Of a stretch of DNA of 26,210 nucleotides, positions 8,439 through 19,081 are shown in pieces. Where the stretch lies: the NCBI GenBank assembly GCA_040220235.1, contig JAVJTO010000141.1; one strand, given 5' to 3'. The position numbers and the translations under genes were made by a program. The notes beneath the pieces were generated by a model. It was given only the letters and a program-made list of their open reading frames with translations. It searched no databases and had not been told where the DNA came from. Within the stretch, counting starts at the first letter, position 1; the number at the start of each line of letters is the position of its first letter. The DNA comes from Coleofasciculus sp. B1-GNL1-01 (GTDB taxonomy: Bacteria > Cyanobacteriota > Cyanobacteriia > Cyanobacteriales > Coleofasciculaceae).

Positions 8439-8928
8439 CAATCTGTGATCCTCCGGCTCAAAAGGTAAGTTGGTCTCGCCGACCATTTCGTTGGATAATT
8501 GCAGTAGACCCCTAGGGTAATCATTCAAATATCCATGAGTTAATATGGGCAAGTCATACATGAACCCTAATTGTCCCATACCGTATGGGGTACACTCGGT
8601 TCTAGGGTAAAAAATTCCACTACCCCACTGTGTAGACGGCGGGGATTGCTAAGGACTTGCCTTAGTAACGCAAGTGTTGAATAGACCATAAGCTGCTAGC
8701 TGATATGTACTTCCAGATACTTCCCTAGTCTGGATGATTATCTACCAACCCTTAGGTCTGGGTTCGTCTAAAAGGTGGAGATTTTGCTAGTAGTGGTATC
8801 GTTGGGACTAAAACAGGTTTTGCAGGTTCCTGGGTTTCTCACCATTAAAAACCTGCTTGTAAACCATAGTGGGCGCGATTTCGGACCCAACGTAAGACGA
8901 TGGGGTATCCGTCGCGGAATCAGGTTCA

Positions 8929-9687
8929 ATGAAAAGTAGTACTATGTATTCTTCGTTCGCGGGTTTAGCACTTAAGATAGTCGGATTGATCATGATCCTA
9001 TCGTCCCTGTTGGATTATCTGATCCTGATTATTCCCTCTCCTGGTGTTAGCCCCCTTGAGAATGAATGGCAGCTTAATTTAACCACCCAGCTCGTTGATC
9101 GGGGTGTTATCCCGATGGTGGGAATTGCCTTTTTGGTAGCAGGATATTGGATCAGCAATAACAGTGGTGGCTCATTACCTGAGCAAAAATCCTCAATCAC
9201 CGACTTGAGATTCTGGGCATTTTTACTCTCGAGCCTATTGGGTTTACTCTTCCTGTTGCTTGTCCCCTTGCACTTTAACAATGTTCGCATCCAAAGTAAT
9301 CAAGCGATAGAACAGATTACTCAGCAAGCCCAGCAAGCTGAAACCCAACTGGAAACGCAAGTTCAGCAAATTGATACTCTGCTTCAAGATCCACAACAGC
9401 TAGAACGACTAGACCAAGCCATTGAAAGCGGTCAAGCTCAAGGAGAGCAACTCCAGCGACTCCAGGCACTCCGAGAACAATTGCAGGCGCTCAGAACAGA
9501 TCCCGAAGCGATCACTCAAAGAACTGAGCAAGCTCAGACTCAAATCCGCAGTCGTAGACAAGAACTTGAGCAACGCGCCCGAACTGAGGCATTAAAAAGA
9601 GGTATCCGCATCGGTTTAAGCAGCCTACTGTTAGCCATTGGCTATAGCATCATTGGCTGGATGGGATTGCGGAACTTGAGCAGTTAA
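8929..9687 (+). CDS. hpsJ: HpsJ-family membrane protein (hormogonium polysaccharide / motility associated)
   Basis: Three N-terminal TM segments with WQL...TQLVDRGVIPMVG, a Gln-rich coiled coil and a C-terminal TM. Architecture recognised from memory as HpsJ family. Confidence 0.7.
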   Translation: MKSSTMYSSFAGLALKIVGLIMILSSLLDYLILIIPSPGVSPLENEWQLNLTTQLVDRGVIPMVGIAFLVAGYWISNNSGGSLPEQKSSITDLRFWAFLLSSLLGLLFLLLVPLHFNNVRIQSNQAIEQITQQAQQAETQLETQVQQIDTLLQDPQQLERLDQAIESGQAQGEQLQRLQALREQLQALRTDPEAITQRTEQAQTQIRSRRQELEQRARTEALKRGIRIGLSSLLLAIGYSIIGWMGLRNLSS

Positions 9688-9970
9688 TCTGCAAGTCATT
9701 GCTATGCGAGCAACAGGCAAAAAGGTTTGATAACCGTCTCTAAATTGTCAGTTGATAGAGATTTACGATTCAATAGAAGATACACACAAGCGTCCTAATC
9801 ACCCATTCCCAGATAACAAATAACCTCTATTCGAGCCAGTTGCCAACTGCTGTAGGTAATCCCCAGTTCTGCTTTTATGTGCCATCGGTTACGATTGGCA
9901 TTGAGGCGGATTGGGGTTCTCAATTTCAGCAAACCGCTTTAGCTAGACTCATTTTTTTACAACCTTTGAC

Positions 9971-10825
9971 ATGTTCTCGATTTATATCCTTACCTACAAC
10001 GAAGAACGAGATATTGAAGCGTGCATCAACTCAGCGCGGCTCTCGGATGACATCATTGTGGTGGATTCGTGTAGTAGCGATCGCACGGTAGAATTTGCCC
10101 AACGCTATCCGGTGCGAGTTGTATCTCATGCCTTTGAAAGTCATGGGCGTCAGCGGACTTGGATGCTGGAAAACCTCCCCACTAAGTATGAATGGGCTTA
10201 CATCCTAGAAGCCGATGAACGGATGACTCCAGCCCTATTTGCTGAATGCCTAGAGGCGATAAAAGACAACCAGTACGTGGGATATTATGTCGCCGAACGG
10301 GTGATGTTCATGAATCGATGGATTCGTCACTGTACTCAGTATCCCCGTTACCAACTTCGTTTACTGCGAAAAGGTCTAGTCTGGTTTACCGATTATGGTC
10401 ATACGGAACGGGAAGTCTGTGATGGATCTACAGGGTTCTTGAAAGAAACCTACCCCCACTATACCTGTAGTAAGGGATTTAGCCGTTGGATTGAAAAACA
10501 CAACCGTTACTCCACCGATGAAGCCCGGGAAACCTTACGCCAGCTTGAACAAGGCACTGTCAACTGGGGGAATTTGCTGCTGGGGCGATCGGAAGTGGAA
10601 CGGCGTCATGCCCTTAAAGATCTGTCGTTACGCTTGCCCTTTCGTCCATTACTCCGCTTTCTCTATATGTACATTTTCCTCGCAGGCTTCCTGGATGGAC
10701 GCGCTGGCTTTACTTGGTGTACCTTACAGGCATTTTATGAATATCTAATTACCCTCAAGGTTTGGGAACTTAAGGAGGAACAACTGCCCACCATTGAGGC
10801 AACCGATTCCCAACTCTCTTTCTAA
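9971..10825 (+). CDS. Glycosyltransferase family 2 (possibly the HpsK orthologue, given its position after hpsJ)
   Basis: SIYILTYNEE, IIVVDSCSSDRT and EADE motifs of the GT-A fold. Confidence 0.9.
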   Translation: MFSIYILTYNEERDIEACINSARLSDDIIVVDSCSSDRTVEFAQRYPVRVVSHAFESHGRQRTWMLENLPTKYEWAYILEADERMTPALFAECLEAIKDNQYVGYYVAERVMFMNRWIRHCTQYPRYQLRLLRKGLVWFTDYGHTEREVCDGSTGFLKETYPHYTCSKGFSRWIEKHNRYSTDEARETLRQLEQGTVNWGNLLLGRSEVERRHALKDLSLRLPFRPLLRFLYMYIFLAGFLDGRAGFTWCTLQAFYEYLITLKVWELKEEQLPTIEATDSQLSF

Positions 10826-10860
10826 AGACCAACAGGTATTAGATTACAGTTGCTAACCCC

Positions 10861-11859
10861 TCATCGTCCCCATTCAAAAATAGCCGCCCCCCAGGTTAAT
10901 CCTGCACCAAAACCGGAACTGGCAATAATATCACCGGGTTGAATTTTTCCCGATCGCACGGCTTCATCTAAAATTAAGGGAATCGACGCCGCCGATGTAT
11001 TCCCATACTGACTCAGATTACTCAATACCTTATGGCTAGGAATCTTCAACCGTTGCGCCACTGCATCCAGAATCCGTTGATTGGCTTGGTGCAACAGCAG
11101 CCAGTCTACATCATCTGCCGTAATATTTGCCTGAAATAGTGCCTTCTCTATCACTTCTGGCACCTTCTGCACGGCAAATCGATAGACTTCTTTGCCGTTC
11201 ATGGTAATGGCGGCAAAATTCCCTTGTCCGACCTCAATTCCCTTGACAAGTTGCTGGGCTTGTGGTTTATAAGCCAACTGTAAACATTTATTCTGAGTGC
11301 CATCACTGCGAATCTGGAATCCCAACAGGCGATCGCGCTCATTTGCCTGTAACATCACAGCCCCTGCACCATCACCAAATAACACACAGGTGCCGCGATC
11401 GGACCAATCCAGCCAGCGCGACAACATATCCGCACCAATTAATAAAATATTTTGATAAACGCCTGTCCGGATAAACTGAGCCGCCGTGACTAAACCAAAC
11501 ACAAAACCCGAACAAGCCGCCGTGAGGTCAAACGCCACCGCATTGGATGCACCGAGTATCGCCTGAACTTGACTCGCCGTACCAAACAGATCATCAGGTG
11601 TAGACGTTGCCAGAATAATTAGCTGTAACTGATCAGGCTCAACACCCGCCATCGCGATCGCCCGCTTCCCCGCTTGGGCAGCTAACCCACTCAAACTGGC
11701 TTTAGCGTCAGCTAGACACCGTTGACGAATTCCTGTGCGCGTGGCAATCCACTCATCTGATGTCTCAACTATCTGGCTGAGTTGATGGTTATCCAAAACA
11801 CCATCGGGTGTCGCCGAACCACTCCCGGTAATCGCAATCCCTGTGCCTAGTTGATTCAA
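10861..11859 (-). CDS. fabH: 3-oxoacyl-ACP synthase III (TTG start)
   Basis: AACSGF catalytic Cys, HQAN, GNTSAAS, GFGAGLTWG; GGAGA RBS upstream. Confidence 0.97.
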   Translation of the reverse strand: MNQLGTGIAITGSGSATPDGVLDNHQLSQIVETSDEWIATRTGIRQRCLADAKASLSGLAAQAGKRAIAMAGVEPDQLQLIILATSTPDDLFGTASQVQAILGASNAVAFDLTAACSGFVFGLVTAAQFIRTGVYQNILLIGADMLSRWLDWSDRGTCVLFGDGAGAVMLQANERDRLLGFQIRSDGTQNKCLQLAYKPQAQQLVKGIEVGQGNFAAITMNGKEVYRFAVQKVPEVIEKALFQANITADDVDWLLLHQANQRILDAVAQRLKIPSHKVLSNLSQYGNTSAASIPLILDEAVRSGKIQPGDIIASSGFGAGLTWGAAIFEWGR

Positions 11860-11973
11860 AATGATTCTCCATCAAAGAAACTGCCAATTCACTCTTCGCT
11901 GCTTAGACTGGCTATCCGTCACCAAATAACTGCGTTGTCCACAGTTGCCCAGGGTTAGGTGGATAGCACCACG

Positions 11974-13062
11974 CTAACCTGTCGCATCCTCTGATGGCTC
12001 ATTGGTCACCTCTAACGGTTCACTACCCATATTCGTTGTTGTTGCCGATTGTTTCGCCGCTTTGATCTCAGTAGACTGAATACGCTCCAGCACCTGATTA
12101 TCAATCGCTTCTTTTGCCAAGCGAATCCCATTAAAAATAGACGGTGCCTGAGAACTACCATGGCTAATAATACAGACTCCATCCACGCCCAAGAGCAACC
12201 CACCCCCATGTTCGGCATGATCGATACGCTGCTTAATCCGCTTCAGATTCGGCTTGAGAATCGCCGTCCCCAGTTGACCATGTAAGCCTTGGGGCAATTC
12301 CTCCCGCAGAATTTGTAAGACGATTTCTCCCACAGCTTCGGCAAACTTGAGTAAAATGTTGCCGACAAAGCCATCACAGACAATCACATCGAACTGACCT
12401 GAGAGTACATCTCTCCCTTCAGCATTACCCAGAAAGGCTACTCTGGGATTCTGCTGGAGCAGTTGATGAGTCCGAATCGCTAAATCATTCCCCTTACAGT
12501 CTTCTTCCCCGATATTGAGCAATCCGACTTTGGGTTCTGGTATTCCCAGCACATACTGGCTATATACCGTCCCCATCACCGCAAATTGCTCCAGATATTT
12601 GGGACGACAATCCACATTTGCACCCACATCTAGAATAATCACTGGCTTTCCAGCAATGAGGGTGGGGAACATAGCGCCAATCGCTGGGCGATCAATGCCC
12701 TTGAGCCGTCCCAAACGCAGTAATGCGGCTGCCATAGCTGCGCCAGAATGACCCGCCGACACTACAGCTTGTGCCTGCTTGGTTTTAACTAAATCCATCG
12801 CCACGTTGATTGACGCCTTGGGTTTGCGTTTAATCGCTACCAAGGGTTCCTCTTCCATGGAAACTACGTCTTCCGCCGGGGCTATTTCTAGCTGGCACAG
12901 ACTATTGTGTTCTTTCAGGGACGCTTCAATAGCTTGAGGATCGCCAACCAATATAACCTCTACGCCCAACTCTTCTTGGGCTCGGATAGCTCCAGCCACA
13001 ATTTCTGAGGGAGCGTGATCCCCTCCCATCGCGTCGATTGCGATCCGTTCGCGAGATGCCAT
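11974..13062 (-). CDS. plsX: Phosphate acyltransferase PlsX
   Basis: IAIDAMGGDHAP, LDVGANVD, GNAEGRD, VCDGFVGN, HGSS. Confidence 0.97.
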   Translation of the reverse strand: MASRERIAIDAMGGDHAPSEIVAGAIRAQEELGVEVILVGDPQAIEASLKEHNSLCQLEIAPAEDVVSMEEEPLVAIKRKPKASINVAMDLVKTKQAQAVVSAGHSGAAMAAALLRLGRLKGIDRPAIGAMFPTLIAGKPVIILDVGANVDCRPKYLEQFAVMGTVYSQYVLGIPEPKVGLLNIGEEDCKGNDLAIRTHQLLQQNPRVAFLGNAEGRDVLSGQFDVIVCDGFVGNILLKFAEAVGEIVLQILREELPQGLHGQLGTAILKPNLKRIKQRIDHAEHGGGLLLGVDGVCIISHGSSQAPSIFNGIRLAKEAIDNQVLERIQSTEIKAAKQSATTTNMGSEPLEVTNEPSEDATG

Positions 13063-13270
13063 TGCTCAAAGAGATAGAAACCTTAAAGATTTTAACAGAA
13101 GCCGTTGATTGAGTAATCCTCTTTTAGCGTATTTGGCGAGAAGTGCCACCTCCTACACCCCAAAGCCCACACTTGATCAAGAGTGCTGATCCAGAAGAAA
13201 AACCCTTGAAGAAACCTTTTCATTGATGCCATACACTTCGTACAATAAAGCACCGTGGAGGAGAAATGGA

Positions 13271-14590
13271 ATGTTACAACGAATTGGTGCTGGATTAATT
13301 GCTTCATCGATCGCGGCTTTATTGGTCAAGATTGTCGGGATGCAGGCTGCTACCTTGGATTTGGCTCAGGTCGAGACTGTCCAATTGCTGCCCTGGCAAA
13401 ACACTGCCTTGTTTTACCTACCTGAGCCTGATCCGAATGCCGAAGCGACGATTAATCAGTATCTCCAAGACCTCAAAAACAGAGGTTCACTGGCAGACAA
13501 TCAAGGAATCTGGATACAATCCGGGCTGAATGTTCTGGCAGAACATCAGGGTAAAATTCCTCGCCCTGCTGCTTCGTTGACCAAAATTGCTACCACATTA
13601 GTCGTGTTAAGTCAATGGAAACCCGACCATGAATTTGAAACCCAAGTGGGAGCGACAGGGGATATCCGGGATGGTGTATTAGAGGGAGATTTAGTGATTC
13701 GAGGTGGTGGTGATCCTCTTTTTGTCTGGGAAGAAGCGATCGCGCTGGGGAACAGTCTGAACCAGCTGGGGATTCGCCGCGTCAAGGGGAATTTAATCAT
13801 TGCAGGCAAATTTCATCTAAACTACGAAGAAAATCCGACGCGATCGGGAGAGCTACTCAAACAAGGATTAAATGGCAAAACTTGGTCTCGTTCGGTGATT
13901 CGTCACCATGGCAGAATGTCTCCGGGAACCCCCAAACCTGAACTGGTGATCAGCGGTCAAGTCAAAACGGTAAAAATTCCACCTGATAAAACTAGGATAC
14001 TATTACGTCATCAATCCCTACCCTTGGCGGAAATCCTCCTAGAAATGAATATTTACAGTAACAATGGCATGGCTCAAATTTTAGCCGATGCTGTTGGTGG
14101 GGCTGATCTGGTTGCCAAAGAAGCCGCCAAGTTAGCCAATGTCCCTCCAGAGGAAATTCAACTGATTAATGGATCAGGATTAGGAACAGAAAACCAAATC
14201 TCTCCCCGTGCGGCTACAGCTATGCTAATCGCCCTGGAAAAATTATTAACACCCCATAACTTAGGTGTAATTGATGTATTCCCCCTAGCTGGGCGGGATA
14301 AAAACGGGACAATCTATGCTCGCAATCTGCCAGAGGGAACCGCAATGAAAACCGGAACCCTACGCCAAGTGAGTGCTTTGGCTGGGGTAATGCCTACGCG
14401 AGAGCGCGATCGCGTGTGGTTTGCGATTATAAATGGTGGCAATAACGTCTGGGAATTTCGCCAACAGCAAGACCAACTGTTAAACCAGCTTACCCAAAAC
14501 TGGGGCAATCAACCCAGTCTCAATCCGAAAACCACTCTCTCCCGTTCCAAACTGGGTGATCCCAAGCGCAATAAAGTTGTTGCAAATTAA
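13271..14590 (+). CDS. dacB: D-Ala-D-Ala carboxypeptidase/endopeptidase (PBP4/DacB, peptidase S13); probable start ATG 13271
   Basis: SxxK (ASLTK), GGGDP, SxN (SNN), NGSGL, KTGT; N-terminal hydrophobic anchor; GGAGGAG upstream of 13271. Confidence 0.88.
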   Translation: MLQRIGAGLIASSIAALLVKIVGMQAATLDLAQVETVQLLPWQNTALFYLPEPDPNAEATINQYLQDLKNRGSLADNQGIWIQSGLNVLAEHQGKIPRPAASLTKIATTLVVLSQWKPDHEFETQVGATGDIRDGVLEGDLVIRGGGDPLFVWEEAIALGNSLNQLGIRRVKGNLIIAGKFHLNYEENPTRSGELLKQGLNGKTWSRSVIRHHGRMSPGTPKPELVISGQVKTVKIPPDKTRILLRHQSLPLAEILLEMNIYSNNGMAQILADAVGGADLVAKEAAKLANVPPEEIQLINGSGLGTENQISPRAATAMLIALEKLLTPHNLGVIDVFPLAGRDKNGTIYARNLPEGTAMKTGTLRQVSALAGVMPTRERDRVWFAIINGGNNVWEFRQQQDQLLNQLTQNWGNQPSLNPKTTLSRSKLGDPKRNKVVAN

Positions 14591-14644
14591 GATCAATGGC
14601 ACTGAAAATTTGCAGTGTTGGAGCGCCAACACCCTTGATATCCC

Positions 14645-14665
14645 GTAGGGTGGGCATTGCCCACC
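14645..14665 (+). repeat. GTAG-type REP-like hairpin
   Basis: GTAG GGTGGGCA T TGCCCACC. Confidence 0.8.
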
Positions 14666-14710
14666 AGCCCTTAAATCAGCTCGATCATTATTCATCATTC
14701 AAATAACTTT

Positions 14711-15499
14711 ATGTCAACTGATGCTCCCACTATTCTCGCCCTCGACTTTGATGGCGTCATCTGTGACGGACTTCTGGAATACTTCCAAACCGCTTGGCGT
14801 ACCTACTGCAAAATTTGGCAACCGGAAACCACAACACCCCCACCAGACTTAGCTGATAAATTTTACCGCTTGCGCCCTGTAATTGAATCCGGGTGGGAAA
14901 TGCCTGTTTTACTACGAGTGTTACTTTTAGGCGTTTCAGAATCCCAGATTTTGCCAGATTGGTCAACCGTTTTACACCAATGTATTGACTCCGAAAACCT
15001 ACAGCCAAGCGACTTAGGTCAACAAGTCGATAAAATTCGCGATGAATGGATTACTAATGATCTAGAAGGCTGGTTAGCACTGCACCGCTTTTATCCTGGG
15101 GTAATTGAGCGCCTACAGAGCATATTAGAAACACCGACGCCCTTCTTTATTGTCACCACTAAAGAAGGGCGCTTTGCTAAACAGTTATTACAACAACAAG
15201 GTATCGAATTATCAAAGGATAGAATTATCGGCAAAGAAATTAAACGTCCCAAACACCAAACTCTACGAGAACTTATACAAGAATTTACAGATGAATCTGC
15301 AAGTCTTTGGTTTGTAGAGGATCGATTAAATACCCTACTATCAGTGGAACAGCAAACAGACTTAGCTCAGGTGAGACTCTATTTAGCGGATTGGGGCTAT
15401 AATACAGCAGCGCATCGAGACGAGGTTCGCAATCATCCGAGAATTCAGTTATTGTCTCTGTCCCAGTTTGCTCAGAATTTCTCAGCTTGGTCTACATAG
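14711..15499 (+). CDS. HAD-superfamily hydrolase
   Basis: Motif I DFDGVICD, motif II IVTTK, motif IV FVEDR, and DWGYN. Confidence 0.9.
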   Translation: MSTDAPTILALDFDGVICDGLLEYFQTAWRTYCKIWQPETTTPPPDLADKFYRLRPVIESGWEMPVLLRVLLLGVSESQILPDWSTVLHQCIDSENLQPSDLGQQVDKIRDEWITNDLEGWLALHRFYPGVIERLQSILETPTPFFIVTTKEGRFAKQLLQQQGIELSKDRIIGKEIKRPKHQTLRELIQEFTDESASLWFVEDRLNTLLSVEQQTDLAQVRLYLADWGYNTAAHRDEVRNHPRIQLLSLSQFAQNFSAWST

Positions 15500-15594
15500 A
15501 ACAGGTTAAATCTCCAATACTTCATATATCTTAATTAGTTAATCATCAAAAAATGATATAATCAGGAATAATTAATCAAAAAATCAAAATCAAT

Positions 15595-16476
15595 ATGGCT
15601 TTTAAACCATTTTTCAAAAAACTTAATTATAGTATAAATTTTTTACTAGAACATCCTGAAATGCATAGAGTCCCTCATCTAGTTCTTTTTCGTTTAGCGT
15701 TGTGGGAAATTTACAAAGCATTACATTACCAGCCATTAATCACAATTCATAGCCATAAAAAAATGCGTTTAATCCCAGGTAAACGACGCGGGCTTTATGG
15801 CTTAATATTTATTTTCAGAGAACAATATGAACCTGTGGTGTTTAATGCAATTCATAAATATTGTTCTTCCGGAATTGTTTGCTATGATATTGGAGCCAAT
15901 ATAGGAGTTTGGAGCCTTAAACTGTCAGAATTAGTCGGTGAAGAGGGTCGAGTATATGCTTTTGAACCTGTCTCAAAAAACATTAATCTCTTGAAAGAAA
16001 ATATTTATTTTTCAGGTTTAAATAATATTGAAATACTTCCTGTAGGTTTAGGAAGCCAACAGAGTACTTGTAAAATATATGTCCCAACTGATTCGGGTAG
16101 AGCAGCTCTTGCACCAGAATCTATTAATGATAGATCTGAAGATATTGAAATTAAGTGCTTAGATGATATTTGGGAATCACAAGGTTTTCCCAATGTAGGT
16201 TTTTGTAAGATAGACGTTGAAGGGTCAGAACCTTTAGTACTTAAAGGAGGCTCAAAATTCTTTCAGGAGGTTCGTCCTATTGTTTGTTGTGAAATTAATC
16301 CCTTTAAACTCAAGAAAATGGGTCAAAAACAAGAAGATATATTTGAGACATTTCAATCATGGAACTACATTTATTTGATGTGGAACAATATCAAAAAAGA
16401 CTTTATTCAATTTCAAAACATTGCTGATATACAAAATCAAAAAGGATATGAAGATATAGTCTTTATACCAAATTAA
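15595..16476 (+). CDS. FkbM-family SAM-dependent methyltransferase
   Basis: YDIGANIG, VYAFEP, KIDVEGSE, RPIVCCE; strongly AT-rich coding sequence. Confidence 0.92.
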   Translation: MAFKPFFKKLNYSINFLLEHPEMHRVPHLVLFRLALWEIYKALHYQPLITIHSHKKMRLIPGKRRGLYGLIFIFREQYEPVVFNAIHKYCSSGIVCYDIGANIGVWSLKLSELVGEEGRVYAFEPVSKNINLLKENIYFSGLNNIEILPVGLGSQQSTCKIYVPTDSGRAALAPESINDRSEDIEIKCLDDIWESQGFPNVGFCKIDVEGSEPLVLKGGSKFFQEVRPIVCCEINPFKLKKMGQKQEDIFETFQSWNYIYLMWNNIKKDFIQFQNIADIQNQKGYEDIVFIPN

Positions 16477-16623
16477 AAATTTAGCAATTTTAACATTTTA
16501 ACAATTTTCAACAACTTAACACTTTGAGTCAACATCGGGAAATTTACTATAAATATTTGACTTGAAGGATTACCTTGATATTGTCAATTTGAGAAGGGTA
16601 AATTAATCGCACTTATACAAAAC

Positions 16624-17904
16624 TCAGGCAAGTACCTCTTCATAAATTTCAATTATTTTGTGTCCTTTGCGTCCCCATTCAAACTCTCTGGCTCTGTCAA
16701 TGGCTTTGGTTGACATCCTTTTACGCAACTCTTCATTTTCAATAAGGATTTCTATTTTATTTGTTAATTCCTGCGTTAGATATTCTCTAGAAATCGGTTC
16801 AATTTTAAATCCCGCTTCCTCTGTTACATATTCACTTATGCCACCAGTGTTTGCAATAATACAGGGTAGTCCGCAAGCCATCGCTTCCAATACTACTGTT
16901 CCACCAGATTCTCTGATAGAGGGAAAGCAAAAAACATCAGCTTGTCGATAATAATTAAGGGTTTCTTTTTGAGGTATTTTACCAACAAATTGAATCATAT
17001 CACTTAGTTTAAGAACCTGCACTCTTTTTTCTAGATTACTTCGTTCTTGTCCATCACCCACTATAGTTAATTGAATTTTATTTTTAATGGCTTTGTTCAA
17101 TCTACTAATTGATTCAATGAGGATATCAGGACATTTAAAAGCTATCAATCTCCCCACAAAAAGTAACTTTACTTTTTCAGTTTTTTGAGGCTTTGAATAA
17201 TTAATAAAAAAATCATTTGACACTCCATTTTCTACAAGTAAACACATTTTATTTTCTTTGAATTTAAAAAAAGATTGTAATTTATTTAAGGTATAGCTGG
17301 AAGCTACCAATATTTTATCTGCTTGCTTATAAGTTTCTAGGTATCCCGGAATAATGAATTTAGCCAGATCTTGTAAAAAGCTTAAATTCAAGTATTTCTT
17401 CATGGCTATTTCCTCAAACCATTCTGGATATGGAACACCCCCATTGACGGGTCCTAGAATAAAAGGTGTATGCTTACAGGCTTCCACTATCTTAACGGGA
17501 TACCTGGTATTCATAGGAGTAATTGAATGGACTATATCATAATCTCCTCGAATAAGTGGGATTTTAAATTTTTGGTAAACTTGATGACTAAAATCTGCAT
17601 AATAAGGATAATTTAGAGCAGCGCCTAAAGCTCTTCTTATAGCTTCATTTTTTAGTTTTGATAAAATGGTTCTTTTGACAAAATTACGATACGTTTTTGC
17701 ATGGTAACTTTCTGATATGTAAACAACATTGTTATTATACCCATGACGTTCTAGACCTTTTTTAACAAAATCTCTAGTAACCAAAGTCACTTCTACATGT
17801 TTATTTATTTCTTGAAATAATTTAAATCCTGTCAAGGGATCAGAACTCGCATTAGGATTACATTGTTCTATGATTAACAAAACTTTAAAGCGTTTTTTAC
17901 TCAT
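16624..17904 (-). CDS. Glycosyltransferase family 4 (GT-B)
   Basis: LFVGRL, IVGDGQER, FCFPSIRESGGTVVLEAMACGLP (Ex7E); strongly AT-rich. Confidence 0.92.
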   Translation of the reverse strand: MSKKRFKVLLIIEQCNPNASSDPLTGFKLFQEINKHVEVTLVTRDFVKKGLERHGYNNNVVYISESYHAKTYRNFVKRTILSKLKNEAIRRALGAALNYPYYADFSHQVYQKFKIPLIRGDYDIVHSITPMNTRYPVKIVEACKHTPFILGPVNGGVPYPEWFEEIAMKKYLNLSFLQDLAKFIIPGYLETYKQADKILVASSYTLNKLQSFFKFKENKMCLLVENGVSNDFFINYSKPQKTEKVKLLFVGRLIAFKCPDILIESISRLNKAIKNKIQLTIVGDGQERSNLEKRVQVLKLSDMIQFVGKIPQKETLNYYRQADVFCFPSIRESGGTVVLEAMACGLPCIIANTGGISEYVTEEAGFKIEPISREYLTQELTNKIEILIENEELRKRMSTKAIDRAREFEWGRKGHKIIEIYEEVLA

Positions 17905-18007
17905 CTCTTATCTCATGAACACAAATAGCCACACACAAATGAAATCCCTCAACCTGAGAACATAGTCCAGTTTTGTTCTCTAGGCGAGGGATACGCTTAA
18001 TTTTTGG

Positions 18008-19081
18008 TCAATTCCGCAGTAGCTTCATTCCCATCAAAACCTTATCCTTAAGCGTCTTTTGCGACACACAGGTAATCAAACAAAGTTTACCGCAGTCCAA
18101 TGTTTGCTGGCGAATCTCTTTGGCTTTTTCTCCATACCAGATTTCTTTAGCACTCTGGTGTTTAACATTACCAATCACTGGATAATCATTACAGAGTTTC
18201 ACATTCCCATCTGTTTCAATCCAAAAATTGCGAAGTCCGACTCGACAGGGGCGAACAGATTCGGGAGCTTTTTCTTCACGGAAATGGGGTAAGAAAAGCC
18301 GCAGAACATCATCACCTGTCATAATGGGTGCACCCTTTTGCTTCATTTCAATCAGGCGCTCAATTACCTGAGCAAAGTCCTCATAGTCTTCGGCTTTGAG
18401 CCACAGTTCATTATAGGTTTCGGGTGTCCAGAGATTGACGGGTTGGAAATTAACAGCAGTAGCGCCAATTTGTTGCGCCCATTCTACCAGTTCAGGCATT
18501 AAGCGGAAATTGAGGCGATTTAATGTCGGTTTGACAATAATTGGAAAACTTATGCCTTGTTTTTCCTGTTCCTGACGTAGATACTTAATACCGTTAGAAA
18601 GTTTAGCAAATAAACCGGGATAACCCCGCAGGTAATCATGAAGTTCTGCATTGGGAGCATCCACAGACATATTTACGTTAAAGGGACGCGCTGCTACAGT
18701 TTTGGCAGCATTTTCCTGGGTCATGCACGAACCATTTGTAGTCACACCGCAGTGAATACCATTGCTATTAGCGAAGGCTAGTATGTCGAGAAATCCTTTT
18801 TTGATATAAGGTTCACCGCCACTAAAGTTGATGGAATACTTACCGACAAAGTCTTTTATGCTGAGGAGGGCGCTTTTCCACTCCTCAACCGTCATTTCGT
18901 CCTTATATTTCGGGAGCCGCCAATACTCACACTGGCGACATTTAACATTACAACGTTCATTGATAATCCCGTAAAACGTGACTGGCTTTGTCCGATCTAA
19001 TCCGGTTTGAATCCGCAGGGATTCTGCTACGGCATTTTCAGCATGTTTTACACCGAGTTTTGAAAGGGTTGCAACATCCAT
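18008..19081 (-). CDS. Radical SAM enzyme with a C-terminal Twitch/SPASM-type auxiliary Fe-S domain
   Basis: CNVKCRQC (CxxxCxxC), FSGGEP, TTNGS, and C-terminal PC..DGNVKLC..IGN..CGKLCLITC; AGAGG RBS upstream. Confidence 0.92.
   Translation of the reverse strand: MDVATLSKLGVKHAENAVAESLRIQTGLDRTKPVTFYGIINERCNVKCRQCEYWRLPKYKDEMTVEEWKSALLSIKDFVGKYSINFSGGEPYIKKGFLDILAFANSNGIHCGVTTNGSCMTQENAAKTVAARPFNVNMSVDAPNAELHDYLRGYPGLFAKLSNGIKYLRQEQEKQGISFPIIVKPTLNRLNFRLMPELVEWAQQIGATAVNFQPVNLWTPETYNELWLKAEDYEDFAQVIERLIEMKQKGAPIMTGDDVLRLFLPHFREEKAPESVRPCRVGLRNFWIETDGNVKLCNDYPVIGNVKHQSAKEIWYGEKAKEIRQQTLDCGKLCLITCVSQKTLKDKVLMGMKLLRN

Noticed and set aside
8439..8579. 47-aa N-terminal extension of Pgl in the ORF track
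   Set aside because: A strong RBS precedes ATG 8438, and Pgl homology begins there.
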